Assembly: GCA_965249555.1 (NCBI GenBank)
Contig: OZ252243.1
Span: 480,001-544,000, forward strand
From: Nitrosopumilus sp.
GTDB lineage: Archaea > Thermoproteota > Nitrososphaeria > Nitrososphaerales > Nitrosopumilaceae
Reading direction: 5' to 3'
Length of the DNA stretch: 64,000 bases
The position numbers were made by a program, and so were the translations under genes. Position 1 is the first letter of the stretch. Each line of letters starts with the position of its first letter. The notes under the pieces were generated by a model that saw only the letters and a program-made list of their open reading frames with translations, was not told the DNA's origin and ran no database searches. Shown here piece after piece: positions 1-9,970 of the stretch.

Positions 1-615
1 GATGTGAACAAATATTTTTCAGGAATTGTAAAGGAATTAACTGCCAAGGTGTTTAGAACATACCAAGCAACAGCAGTAGTCAAAGACTATCTTGTAGAAC
101 ATGACAACATCAAAGGAAAGACTGCAAATGAGAAACTATACCATGCAAAACTGGCAAATTTGGAAGCCGCAATGATGTGTAATCACAAAAGAACTATCCC
201 GAAAACATTTGAGAAATCATTAGAAAAGAAGAGATATACTCTCAAAAAGGCTGAAAAAGATCAACACTCAAAGAAAACTCAAGAAACTCTCAAAAAAGTA
301 AAGTCATCTGAGCCTAAAACTGACACTCAAAAGAAGAGTAAAGTAAAAAGAATCAAGACACTAAATAAACAAATCAAAAAACAGAAACTAAGACACAAAG
401 ATAAAGTGGAGAAATTAAAGTTTCAAATTGATTTATCTGAAAAAACTAGAGACTATAATCTTGGAACGTCTCTTAGAAACTACATAGATCCTCGTGTAGT
501 CAAGGCATGGACTGATGAGGTAGGTGCAGAATGGGAGAAACTCTATACTGCTGCATTGCAAAAGAAATTCCTCTGGGTCAAAAACGAAAATGTAGAGTGG
601 AAAGAACTAAAGTAA
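1..615 (+). CDS. DNA topoisomerase IB, C-terminal part (5' end outside window)
   Basis: NLGTSLRNYIDPR matches the Topo IB active-site tyrosine motif (LGTSKLNYLDPR); Lys-rich linker precedes it. Confidence 0.9.
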   Translation, partial: DVNKYFSGIVKELTAKVFRTYQATAVVKDYLVEHDNIKGKTANEKLYHAKLANLEAAMMCNHKRTIPKTFEKSLEKKRYTLKKAEKDQHSKKTQETLKKVKSSEPKTDTQKKSKVKRIKTLNKQIKKQKLRHKDKVEKLKFQIDLSEKTRDYNLGTSLRNYIDPRVVKAWTDEVGAEWEKLYTAALQKKFLWVKNENVEWKELK

Positions 616-662
616 AATATTTTAGAATCATTTAATTTCCCAAATTTTTCAGGCATATACAT

Positions 663-777
663 GCCGGGGTAGCTCAGCCTGGTTAGAGTGCCAGTTGAAT
701 TGGTAAACTCTAACGGTTCTCCAACTAAGGCAATACTCATAATCTGGAGGTCGTGGGTTCGAAACCCATCCCCGGCA
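663..777 (+). tRNA. tRNA-Met(CAT), probably elongator, with ~40-nt intron (~695-734)
   Basis: Acceptor GCCGGGG/CCCCGGC, D-arm GCTCAGCCTGGTTAGAGT, T-arm GTGGGTTCGAAACCCAT; anticodon arm CCAG|A-CTCATAA-TCTGG forms only after removing the insert. Confidence 0.88.
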
Positions 778-826
778 CACATCATGTAACAAACATAAAT
801 TTTAGAAAAATAAAAAAGGAATTGGA

Positions 827-2524
827 CTATTGTCCAAATGGAGTTTTTAGAGATATTCCACCAACTGGCACATTAGGTGCAGGGTTTGTATCTCCAATAG
901 GTTCCTCAGTAATCACAATTGCATCATAAATCCAAGGATTTACCATTGGTTGTGAGAACAAGAGTTTTCCTTCATGATTTGCTTTGCCTAGACTTAGCTT
1001 ATAGCCAGTATCCATATCGACAAGCCATCCTTCAAGAATCATTCCTGATGAAACACCTTTGATGTTTGTAATCACTTTGACTTGATCATTGGCATCTACT
1101 GCTATAGAAAAAGTTCCAACAGTTTTACCTCCAAAGGGGGCATCACCTGCAGGAGCAGTCAAATCACCTTTCATATGATTAGATTCCATCATTTTGTCAT
1201 CCATCATTTTGTCATCCATCATTTTGTCATCCATCATTTTGTCATCCATCATTTTGTCATCCATCATTTTGTCATCCATCATTTTGTCATCCATCATTTT
1301 GTCATCCATCATTTTGTCATCCATCATTTTGTCATCCATCATTTTGTCATCCATCATGTGATCATCTTTCATCATGGCATTTACTTCAACAAAAGGACAG
1401 TTTACAACAAAACCAGCTAAACCAGTTTCTAGTTTACCTTTTGATGCTGCTTGAGAAATTTCACTTACAGTCTTAAGAAAATCTGCGCTGTCAGGATTAT
1501 CCCATGTTGCAGTTTGAATTCTCCAAAGTGGACTATAGAATTGATCACCTATAGTTGTTGAGCCAATACTTGCTTGAAATCCAAGTGGACCATTACCTTC
1601 TAAACCGTTTGTAAATACATACAAGTCTGATGAAGATGCAGTTGCAAGCGTATCTTGAATTCTAGGGGCATAAATTATACCCAATTCATTTGCAACATCT
1701 TTACTTGATGCTTCAGTGGCAATGTAATAGATAGTATCACCATTTGGTGCAAAACCTCTGTGTGCAACAAATGTCACTTTCATGTTTTCAAGATCAATGT
1801 TTGTGATTTGCCCACCACCATAAGGATCATCATTGCTAATGTGTGAATTTTCTCGAAGTTGGAGTTGGCCACCATTCCATTTTACAAATGGACAGTTGAC
1901 AATCACTCCTGCTTCTTCAAATGATAGTTCACCATTGCTTTGAGCTGTGAGAATTTCCATTTCAGATTTTAATTCTCTTGGTTCAAATCCTTCATTCCAG
2001 GTTACGGCATTTACATTCCATAATGGACTGTATTTTTCATCACCTGGTTGAGAGTCGGCAACTTGAGGTTGAAACCCAAAGGCACCAGAACCTTCAACAC
2101 CATTGGTAAATGCATAGATTTGTGCAAGTGATTCTTCTGGAGTGAATGCTAATGCTGGAGTATGAGTAACTCTAAATCCTGTAAGGTCAGTTAGATGATT
2201 TGCAACTTCTTCAACAGATGCTTCAGTGGAAATGTAAAAAACTTCATTTCCATCTACATACCCCATTGTTAGTGGAATGTCAAGAGGTAAATTAACATCA
2301 GAAAGATGTGGTTGCATTTTTGATTTTGTCATACTGGATTGTGATTTTACTTCTGAGCACAATTTATCACCACATACAACAGAGCCAGCAGAACCAACCT
2401 TGGTCAAAGGATTACCAGCACTTTTCAGTGCTTCAGCATTTGGAATCAAATCTACAGATGTAGCTGCAGCAGATGTCATAAGAACAGTCATAATGAATAG
2501 GACTGAGATTGTTTTGTTCGTCAT
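827..2524 (-). CDS. Secreted protein with two repeated domains (YSPLW..VNCPFV) and a Met-rich (MMDDK)11 linker
   Basis: Hydrophobic N-terminal signal; duplicated Y(Y)I(S/A)TEAS..YSPLW..VNCPFV module; start placed at MTNKT (track start 2539). Confidence 0.75.
   Translation of the reverse strand: MTNKTISVLFIMTVLMTSAAATSVDLIPNAEALKSAGNPLTKVGSAGSVVCGDKLCSEVKSQSSMTKSKMQPHLSDVNLPLDIPLTMGYVDGNEVFYISTEASVEEVANHLTDLTGFRVTHTPALAFTPEESLAQIYAFTNGVEGSGAFGFQPQVADSQPGDEKYSPLWNVNAVTWNEGFEPRELKSEMEILTAQSNGELSFEEAGVIVNCPFVKWNGGQLQLRENSHISNDDPYGGGQITNIDLENMKVTFVAHRGFAPNGDTIYYIATEASSKDVANELGIIYAPRIQDTLATASSSDLYVFTNGLEGNGPLGFQASIGSTTIGDQFYSPLWRIQTATWDNPDSADFLKTVSEISQAASKGKLETGLAGFVVNCPFVEVNAMMKDDHMMDDKMMDDKMMDDKMMDDKMMDDKMMDDKMMDDKMMDDKMMDDKMMDDKMMDDKMMESNHMKGDLTAPAGDAPFGGKTVGTFSIAVDANDQVKVITNIKGVSSGMILEGWLVDMDTGYKLSLGKANHEGKLLFSQPMVNPWIYDAIVITEEPIGDTNPAPNVPVGGISLKTPFGQ
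1185..1357. repeat. 15-bp perfect tandem repeat TCCATCATTTTGTCA, ~11.5 copies
   Basis: Directly visible; encodes MMDDK on the minus strand. Confidence 0.97.
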
Positions 2525-2726
2525 TAAACGAAACAGCAAGTTTTGTTATTAAGCCACTTTACCAATTTTGACCCCAATCTTTTCAAAAATAATCTTTTAA
2601 AAAATAAAAAAATATTTGGTAAGATAGATTTATTCTAACAAAAAATCAACTACAATGATTCGGTTCAAAATTCCACTCTTATTCATTTTTTTATGAATTT
2701 GAATCGAATCAATATTCTAAATCATA

Positions 2727-3596
2727 CTATTTTTTACCAATAATCAAATCTACTTTATAGTTCAAAGTAGCACGTGGATTTAATTTTAAATTCCAGGGAA
2801 TATATGATGGATTTTTTGTTTTGGATAAAATTTTGAATCCAAAATTACACAAATTTGTGCGTAATGTATCTTCATCTAGTTTTTTAACAGAATTTGTACC
2901 TCTATCAAAATCATATGGATCAGAGATTACAAAATGACCAGTAGAGATTTGTTTTGATACTTGTTTTAGCAGATCAAGTGGTTCTACTAATTCTAAAATA
3001 TTTAATGCAAGTATTAAATCAAATTGTAATTTTCCAAAAACAGGAGATAGTGAATCAGCTACAATGTAATCAAGATTGTTTTTAAAAGATTTTTTTGCAT
3101 AACAAAGTGCACTAAATGATCTATCAATTCCAAACACCATATCATGGCAATCAGCCAAAGAGGATGTAATAATTCCAATTGAGCAACCATACTCCAAGAC
3201 AAGTTTTGATTTTGCAATGAAACCAATATTTTTTTTAATTATAGTATAGAATTTGGAACTTTTGTTATTTTGATATATTTTAGACCATCTTTCCTCAAGT
3301 GCAGTTCTATCATCATTGGTTTGTTTAGTTTTGGATAATGAAAATTTTAAAAATTTTTTCATTTTTCCAGTATTAGATAATCTATAGAGTTTACCACCCA
3401 AAACTTTACGAGAGGAAAGATATTTAGAAAAATCATCCCATAAAATTGGAATTTTCTCAATGATTGGAAATATCAAATTGCATTTTTTGCATTCTAAAAT
3501 CCCTTCTTCAATTTCTTGATCAACTTTGAATACATCTAATTCTAGTTTAGAACCGCATCTAACGCATTTTATGAATTTAATACTAGATTCTAGCAT
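2727..3596 (-). CDS. Trm112-like Zn-finger fused to class I SAM-dependent methyltransferase
   Basis: CxxC..CxxC..FPIIEKIPIL N-terminus; VLEYGCSIG and GID motifs; start placed at MLESS. Confidence 0.75.
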   Translation of the reverse strand: MLESSIKFIKCVRCGSKLELDVFKVDQEIEEGILECKKCNLIFPIIEKIPILWDDFSKYLSSRKVLGGKLYRLSNTGKMKKFLKFSLSKTKQTNDDRTALEERWSKIYQNNKSSKFYTIIKKNIGFIAKSKLVLEYGCSIGIITSSLADCHDMVFGIDRSFSALCYAKKSFKNNLDYIVADSLSPVFGKLQFDLILALNILELVEPLDLLKQVSKQISTGHFVISDPYDFDRGTNSVKKLDEDTLRTNLCNFGFKILSKTKNPSYIPWNLKLNPRATLNYKVDLIIGKK

Positions 3597-3676
3597 TTCA
3601 GATAACAAATCAATTATTTGTAAACTAATAATTTTTTTGATACAAAAAACCAAGATAATGTTAAATGTAGTATTTT

Positions 3677-4888
3677 TTGATTTTATTCAAATTGGGAGAA
3701 TTTCAAGAGTTTGCCGAGGCACTATTTGGTCAATTATCAGTCGAAATTGATGAAGAAAAAGAGATTGCAGAGTTAGCAATCAAAGCCAAAGAAGGTATTG
3801 CAGATAAAGTACAGTTCAAGGAATTGGAAGATATTGCTAAAGAAATTTTTCCAATTTTCAAAGATAAGATAGAAGAATATCTGGGTGTTAAAGTTCCTGA
3901 TAATCTACAATTAAAATTTCTAGAATTAACAGATTTAAAGAAAATGAAAGGAGACAAAGTCTTTGCAGACAAGGATGCAAAAGAGTTTGTTACAGAATTA
4001 TTTTACGCAGTTGCAAAAGAAGATCTAAAAAAGATTGCAGAATTAATGGAGCAAGACACTACAAAGTATTTGGTATATTCAACATATGCAATTCAATACA
4101 TCTCAAAAATTACAACAACATATGGAGATTATCTTGATTCTGTAATTTATCTAAACAAATTCATTTTATCAAAATATCCACAGATAATTCTACATAAACA
4201 AGGAGAACCATACGAATCAAGATTTGAAAATGTAAGTTCTGGATATCGAGGTGCAGTGAAGATGACAGTCTTGGAGGAATTAATTCATTCGGCACAAGGA
4301 AATCTACAACAAGTAAACAAGGATGCTGCAATGCAAGTAAACAAAATCAATGAGGAACTAGCAAGTATAATTTTGTCACTGGATGCCGATACAGTCAACA
4401 AGCTTTCAGAATATTGCCAGTTACAAGCAGTACCAGATAATTTCCCATTTGCAAAAAAAGCAAATCTATTTTTCTTTTTGAATCCAGATCATTTTCTAAT
4501 TGAACAGATTGGGCCAGATGTTATGACATTTACACATGTAGAGATAGATCCAAAGATAGGAGAATTAATTCCACAACTGTTAGGTATTTACAAGAAATGG
4601 CTTGTTCCAATTCAACAACACCATGCAGCATTTACGGCTATGGAAGGAATGGCAAGTTTTGCAGTTGAGAATATCTTAAAAGACGATGAAGATTTTCAAA
4701 ATTATCTTACCACGTTTATGGGAACAGACATCTCATCATATCAAGTCAGAAAGAGTATGGGAAAAGACTTTACCAGAATAGTATACGAAAAACTAGGCAA
4801 AGACACATTCAAAAAAATGATTGAAATTCCTCCAAATACCAGAGAGCTCAAGGATCCCCAATTATACCTCAAAAAGATGAGTTTGTGA
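3677..4888 (+). CDS. Conserved hypothetical protein, possible zincin-like fold
   Basis: 403-aa ORF with EELIHSAQ and downstream MEGMA, resembling a HExxH..E zincin arrangement. Confidence 0.55.
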   Translation: MILFKLGEFQEFAEALFGQLSVEIDEEKEIAELAIKAKEGIADKVQFKELEDIAKEIFPIFKDKIEEYLGVKVPDNLQLKFLELTDLKKMKGDKVFADKDAKEFVTELFYAVAKEDLKKIAELMEQDTTKYLVYSTYAIQYISKITTTYGDYLDSVIYLNKFILSKYPQIILHKQGEPYESRFENVSSGYRGAVKMTVLEELIHSAQGNLQQVNKDAAMQVNKINEELASIILSLDADTVNKLSEYCQLQAVPDNFPFAKKANLFFFLNPDHFLIEQIGPDVMTFTHVEIDPKIGELIPQLLGIYKKWLVPIQQHHAAFTAMEGMASFAVENILKDDEDFQNYLTTFMGTDISSYQVRKSMGKDFTRIVYEKLGKDTFKKMIEIPPNTRELKDPQLYLKKMSL

Positions 4889-4891
4889 TAA

Positions 4892-5710
4892 TTGGAAGAA
4901 GAGTTTGATCCATTTGTTGCAGAATGGCTTTCATTTGTTAAAAATCCAAATTTCAACCTAGTTGAAAAATGTCTAAAATTTGCTCAGATTTTAGAATATC
5001 CAGATCTAGATGTAGAGAAGTACATTCAGAAAATAAATCGAATAGGAATGTCTCTAAAAGAGTCAATTAGTGATGTGAAAAATCCAACATATCTAATTTC
5101 AATGTTAAATGAACATCTCTTTGAAAATTTAGGCTTTAGTGGAGATGATGATGATTACTTTAATCCAAAGAACAGTTTTCTAAATGAAGTTATTGATAAA
5201 AAATTAGGTCTCCCCATTACTATCTCAATTCTTTATGTTGAAGTTGCAAAGTTTATTGGGTTGGAACTGAAAATTGTTGGATTTCCAAGTCATATTCTGG
5301 TAAAATATAATGAAGAGATGATTTTAGATCCATTTCATGATGGAGAACTATTAGATGTAGATGACTTGCAACAAATTCTAGATGTTAATTTTGATGAGCA
5401 AATAAAGTTTCAACCAGAGTTCCTTGATGAGATAAAACCAGAACAAATTCTTCTTAGAATGACTCGTAACTTGAAAAATTCTTATGTACAATCATTTGTT
5501 TATGACAAAGCACTTCGATGTACTAACATAGTTTTAGCAATTGAACCTGAATCTCCAGAAGATATTAGAGATAAGGGAATTATAGAAGAAAGATTACACA
5601 ATTCTGAAGTTGCACTAAAATATTTGAATAGATATTTAGAAATTAGTCCAAACGCAGAAGATATTGATTTTATTTTAGAAATGATAAGAAGTATAAAGAC
5701 TAAAAATTAG
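4892..5710 (+). CDS. SirB1-family transglutaminase-like protein with TPR
   Basis: GFSGD..YFNPKNSFLNEVI..G.PITISILY, GFPSHIL, LDPF, C-terminal TPR (RDKG). Confidence 0.88.
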   Translation: MEEEFDPFVAEWLSFVKNPNFNLVEKCLKFAQILEYPDLDVEKYIQKINRIGMSLKESISDVKNPTYLISMLNEHLFENLGFSGDDDDYFNPKNSFLNEVIDKKLGLPITISILYVEVAKFIGLELKIVGFPSHILVKYNEEMILDPFHDGELLDVDDLQQILDVNFDEQIKFQPEFLDEIKPEQILLRMTRNLKNSYVQSFVYDKALRCTNIVLAIEPESPEDIRDKGIIEERLHNSEVALKYLNRYLEISPNAEDIDFILEMIRSIKTKN

Positions 5711-5877
5711 TCAATGATTGATTCTATTTCTTTTCCTTTCTTGATCAATGATATTTCATGACGAGCAATTTTATTTCTTATTGCTCCTTTGAGAATATCT
5801 ACTTCACTTCTGAGTAATGCAATTTCGTCTTCAAGTTTTGCAACTCGTTCATAGATTGTTTCAGCTTCGGTACTCAT
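5707..5877 (-). CDS. Small coiled-coil hypothetical protein (56 aa, MSTEAETIYERVAKLEDEIALLRSEV...)
   Basis: Translated by hand: ATG at 5877, TAA at 5707; below the ORF-track cutoff. Confidence 0.65.
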   Translation of the reverse strand: MSTEAETIYERVAKLEDEIALLRSEVDILKGAIRNKIARHEISLIKKGKEIESIID

Positions 5878-5951
5878 AATTATCTATCAACAAAAAATTG
5901 TCTTAAAAAGCTATTGGTGAATTTGTTAATTGGTAGGCTCCGCTTTTTGAA

Positions 5952-6113
5952 TTATATTTCAAATTCTTGGCGACATTTCTCGCATTTTCCTCGCTCTTTG
6001 CCAGGTGGACCAAGAAGGAATACTTTACCTATTGTTCTGCACATAGGACACATTCCAGTTGTTGCATTTTTAGGACCAGTTCGAATAATTTTTTGAGTTT
6101 TTCTTCGTCCCAT
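5952..6113 (-). CDS. Small Zn-ribbon protein, Elf1-like (53 aa)
   Basis: MGRRKTQKIIR..CPMC..CEKC: basic N-terminus plus two CxxC, as in TACK/eukaryotic Elf1. Confidence 0.55.
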   Translation of the reverse strand: MGRRKTQKIIRTGPKNATTGMCPMCRTIGKVFLLGPPGKERGKCEKCRQEFEI

Positions 6114-6152
6114 GAAAAAACTTTGATTATCGGTCTATTAAGTTTAATTTAA

Positions 6153-6239
6153 TGGCGCGGGGAGGGGGATTCGAACCCCCGTGTCCTTGCGAACATGGAA
6201 TTAGCAATCCCACGCCCTACCAGGCTAGGCGACCCCCGC
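6153..6239 (-). tRNA. tRNA-Ser(GCT) with encoded CCA
   Basis: Cloverleaf GCGGGGG/CCCCGC-G-CCA, anticodon loop TTGCTAA, long variable arm, G discriminator. Confidence 0.92.
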
Positions 6240-6272
6240 ACAAAGATGCATAGAATTGATCTGTAAATAAAT

Positions 6273-7019
6273 TCACTCGTCGTAGAATTGACTATAGGTA
6301 TTCATGATTTCATCAATAGGGAGTCTTTTTCCGCCTACAATTTTGAGATCTACCTGTACCTTTTTGTTAGAAATAGTAAGAATATTGTAGGTGTTTTCAA
6401 ACAATCCACGAAGTCGTTCAGATGTAGCAGTTCCAGCATTAACAACAGTTAATTTTCCAAAATTCCAAGCCCAAGGCCTGTGTTTGTGTCCACACAAAAC
6501 TACATCAACTTTAGTATCCAAAATTGTTCTTAGAATATCACCAGCATCGACAACAGTGAGCTGATCAGAGCCAGTATCAGGAATTGGAATTAAGTGATGA
6601 TGCATTGCTACAATCTTTATCTGGTCTTTGTATTTTTTCATAGTTCGCTCCAACCATAAATTTTGTCGGTATCCTACTTCACCGTTATTTCTATCAGGTC
6701 TAGCAGTTCCAACTGTTACTAAAACAATATCATCATCTAACTCATTGATTGTTTCAAATGGAAAGAATTTTTTGAACAACAAATAACCAGTGTTTCTATA
6801 ATCATGATTTCCACTAATTGAAATAATTTTTTTTGTGTTAAATTGTGTTAGTAGTGATTTACATTTTTCATATTCTTTCATCAAACCTTCGTTAGTTAGA
6901 TCACCTGTAATTACAATTACATCAGGATTTAGTTCGTTTACCTCTTTGACTATTGTTTCAAATACTTTTGGTTGAAACTGAGAACCTACATGAAGATCCG
7001 AGAGTTGTACAATAATCAT
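6273..7019 (-). CDS. Calcineurin-like metallophosphoesterase
   Basis: SDLH, TGDL, GNHD, HH and GHKH motifs. Confidence 0.92.
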   Translation of the reverse strand: MIIVQLSDLHVGSQFQPKVFETIVKEVNELNPDVIVITGDLTNEGLMKEYEKCKSLLTQFNTKKIISISGNHDYRNTGYLLFKKFFPFETINELDDDIVLVTVGTARPDRNNGEVGYRQNLWLERTMKKYKDQIKIVAMHHHLIPIPDTGSDQLTVVDAGDILRTILDTKVDVVLCGHKHRPWAWNFGKLTVVNAGTATSERLRGLFENTYNILTISNKKVQVDLKIVGGKRLPIDEIMNTYSQFYDE

Positions 7020-7142
7020 CTTCTATCAAAATGAAATCAAATTATGTTAATAAATTACTCTTATAGAAAATATAGAATACAAAAAAATGGTTTCTATGGC
7101 AAGGGTAGAATTAAATACGCTCAATCAGCAAATTACGCTGAA

Positions 7143-8171
7143 ATGGGTAAAAAAGCAGCCGTGATAAATGGCGATGGAACAGGTCCTGAATTAGTTGATG
7201 CTGTGATTCAAGTTTTAGAAGCATGTAATACCCAAATTGATCTTATTCGTTGTGAAGCAGGATCAGAGCAATGGGGAAAAAATGGCGGAGCCACATACAT
7301 TCCTGAGGCCACATCAAAAATTATGGATGAAAGTGATGCTTGCTACAAAGGCCCCACTACAACAATACCATCACCTGATGCTCCAAGAAGTGTAGCAGTT
7401 TCTACACGACAAAAATTTGAACTATACGCAAATGTCAGACCAATTAAGACATATGACAGACTCTCACCAAACACAAGTCTTGATTTTGTATGTTTTAGGG
7501 AAGCAACTGAAGGATTGTATGCAGGAATTGAGTTTGATACATCTGAAGATTCTGCCATAGCAATTAGAAAAATAACAAGAAAAGGTTGTAAAAGAATAGT
7601 AGATTCGGCATTTGAATGGGCAAAAAAATATGGATTGAAAAAAGTAACAGCAATTACAAAGCGAAATATTCTAAAAAGAACTGATGGAATTTTTTGGAGT
7701 GAAGTAGAAAGAGCTGCACAAGAAAATCCAGGAATTGAGATTGAAGAATACTATATAGATAATATGACTCAGCAATTAGTAAAAAATCCTGAGAGATTCA
7801 ATAATTCTGTTTTATTAAGTACAAATCTGTTTATGGATATCATATCAGAATGTGCTTCTGGAAGTATTGGTTCAATTGGAAATGTTTACTCTGCAAATAT
7901 TGGTGATAATTATGCCATGTTTGAGCCAGCACATGGAAGTGCACCAAAATACAAAGGAATGGATAAAGTAAATCCTACTGCTGCAATTTTATCAGGAGCA
8001 TGGATGGCAGAATATCTTGATGAACCTGAAATTAAAGACGCAATTTTCAAAGCCACAGATGAAGTAATTAATGAAGGAAAATTTGTAACGTACGATATTG
8101 GTGGCAATGCCAAATCAAGTGAAATGACTGACGCAATTGCAAAACGTTCTGCTGAACTATTAAAAAAATAA
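7143..8171 (+). CDS. Isocitrate/isopropylmalate dehydrogenase family protein
   Basis: GDGTGPE, LYANVRP, REATEGLY, FEPAHGSAP, NPTA, TYDIGG; start placed at MGKK. Confidence 0.93.
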   Translation: MGKKAAVINGDGTGPELVDAVIQVLEACNTQIDLIRCEAGSEQWGKNGGATYIPEATSKIMDESDACYKGPTTTIPSPDAPRSVAVSTRQKFELYANVRPIKTYDRLSPNTSLDFVCFREATEGLYAGIEFDTSEDSAIAIRKITRKGCKRIVDSAFEWAKKYGLKKVTAITKRNILKRTDGIFWSEVERAAQENPGIEIEEYYIDNMTQQLVKNPERFNNSVLLSTNLFMDIISECASGSIGSIGNVYSANIGDNYAMFEPAHGSAPKYKGMDKVNPTAAILSGAWMAEYLDEPEIKDAIFKATDEVINEGKFVTYDIGGNAKSSEMTDAIAKRSAELLKK

Positions 8172-8705
8172 TTACTTTTTCACTTCAACAAGTATCAATT
8201 CCTCAAAAAATAATTTCTTTTTTGCAATAATTTTTGCTGTCAATCCTTCTTTTTTTGTTGAATCAATTAATGCTTGATAGTTTGATAGCGAAGATGTAAC
8301 AAAAAGGAATTTTCCTGTTGTATTTAGGCACGGAATAGCTGATTTTATTATTTTTAGAGGTATTTCAAGTCCTTCTGCACCACCATCTGTTGCAATATCT
8401 AAAATCTCATCAGTTGCAAGATAAGGTAGATTACAAACAATAAGATCAAATTTTATTTTTAATGCATCTGAACCATTACAGCAAATGAGATTTTTTGTTT
8501 TGTAAGTTTGATGTTTTAAGACTTTATAGTTAATGTCAGTTCCAACTACAAAAGAAAAGTTCTCAGAGAGGAATTTTGTTAGATATCCAGAACCACTTCC
8601 TATATCTAATGCAAAATCTCCTTTTTCATTTTCAATGTTATCTACTAGAAAAAAAGTATCCTCCGATGGAGGATACTCATCATTTTTCAAGGATTTGGTT
8701 TGCAA
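8172..8705 (-). CDS. HemK/Mtq2-like protein methyltransferase
   Basis: YPPSEDTFFL, LDIGSGSG, NLPY, DGG. Confidence 0.88.
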   Translation of the reverse strand: MQTKSLKNDEYPPSEDTFFLVDNIENEKGDFALDIGSGSGYLTKFLSENFSFVVGTDINYKVLKHQTYKTKNLICCNGSDALKIKFDLIVCNLPYLATDEILDIATDGGAEGLEIPLKIIKSAIPCLNTTGKFLFVTSSLSNYQALIDSTKKEGLTAKIIAKKKLFFEELILVEVKK

Positions 8706-9387
8706 GTTGAATTATTTCATCTCCTGAAAGATCGTCTACTCGTTTATCTATTACAGTTTCCTTGTTGAATTGTTTTAGAATATTTTTGATAGTTTTTCGT
8801 CTATATGAAAAAATTTTGTTGATTGTTTGAATTAGATCTTTGTTCATTGTGTTTTTTTGTATTATTTTTAGAATTACAGAGTCAACTTTTGGAGAAGGAG
8901 AAAAATTATTTTTTCCCACCTTAGAGATCTTGGTAATTTCAAAGGCATGACTGGCAACAACACTTACAGCTTTTCTCTTCTTTGAGGATTGTGCAAGTAG
9001 TTTATCAGCAAATTCTTTTTGAACCATTATCACACCATGAGAAAAAGAAGTTTGTGCAAGCCATTCTATTGCATCTTTACTCTTAGAGTATGGCAAATTA
9101 GATACAAAAATAGAGAAAGAGTCTTTTTTCTTAAGGCCATCACCTGACTTTAAGATGAGATTATCAATATTAGAGAACGCAGTTTTTGCATTTTTAACTA
9201 GTTTTTCATCTATGTCAACTGAGATCACTTTGTTTGCTCTCTCACAGAGTAATGGAGTTAAGATTCCTAATCCTGTTCCCAACTCAAATACAATATCTCT
9301 TTTTGTGATTTTAGCCTCAGAAACAATCGATTCGGCTATTGAATTTGAGTTAAGAAAGTGTTGTCCAAGTTGTTTTCGTTTTATCAT
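8680..9387 (-). CDS. rsmA: 16S rRNA adenine dimethyltransferase KsgA/Dim1
   Basis: LGQHFL, ELGTGLG, SNLPY, MVQKEFA, FSPSPKVDS. Confidence 0.93.
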   Translation of the reverse strand: MIKRKQLGQHFLNSNSIAESIVSEAKITKRDIVFELGTGLGILTPLLCERANKVISVDIDEKLVKNAKTAFSNIDNLILKSGDGLKKKDSFSIFVSNLPYSKSKDAIEWLAQTSFSHGVIMVQKEFADKLLAQSSKKRKAVSVVASHAFEITKISKVGKNNFSPSPKVDSVILKIIQKNTMNKDLIQTINKIFSYRRKTIKNILKQFNKETVIDKRVDDLSGDEIIQLANQILEK

Positions 9388-9950
9388 CGCTTTACAAAGA
9401 GATTCATTCTGCTTTGACCAGTAATTTCATCCATGATTCGTTCTGAAATATGTTTTACTGGATCTTTGAATCCAACCCTCTCTTGCAAATCTTTGTAGCT
9501 TTCAAACTTTTTCTTTTCTCTTTCTTCAAGCATTGTTTTCATGTAGGTTTTTCCAATTCCTGGAATTAATTCAAGTGCATGAATTCTTGGTGTTAATGGT
9601 CGTGCATTGTTTAGATATTCAACAAATTTTGATTCATTGATAGTTACAATATTGTCTATTACTGTATCTAATTCACTTTGGGCTGATGATGAGATATGTT
9701 CATATTCCATTTTTCCCAAGACTGATAGAACTTTGGTTCGTCCTTCTTTTCCGATATAGATTTTCTCACCTATCTCAAATGTGGAATTAGCAACTCCAAG
9801 AATTTCTAAAAGAGTCAGACGGTCTTCGCCGATAGCTGTAATTATGATTCCTTCTCTTCCTCTTACAGTAGATGATTTTCCCCTAGGATTAAAATCTAAA
9901 ACATATGCATGTTCCTCATATTTTCTAGGGGGGTTATTTGCCCTGTACAA
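9384..9950 (-). CDS. DUF655 family nucleic-acid-binding protein
   Basis: EEHAYVLDF, HhH motif LELIPGIGK; canonical position after rpl21e-rpo4. Confidence 0.88.
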   Translation of the reverse strand: MYRANNPPRKYEEHAYVLDFNPRGKSSTVRGREGIIITAIGEDRLTLLEILGVANSTFEIGEKIYIGKEGRTKVLSVLGKMEYEHISSSAQSELDTVIDNIVTINESKFVEYLNNARPLTPRIHALELIPGIGKTYMKTMLEEREKKKFESYKDLQERVGFKDPVKHISERIMDEITGQSRMNLFVKR

Positions 9951-9970
9951 AATAAAATATTCCTAAAAAA

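Noticed and set aside
1185-1357. Possible CRISPR array; also the plus-strand ORF 1082-1420 (HHFVI repeats)
   Set aside because: No spacers; it is a coding tandem repeat, and the plus-strand ORF is its antisense shadow
5952-6113. Ribosomal protein L40e/L37 call
   Set aside because: Cys spacing and flanking motifs do not fit; an Elf1-like pattern fits better
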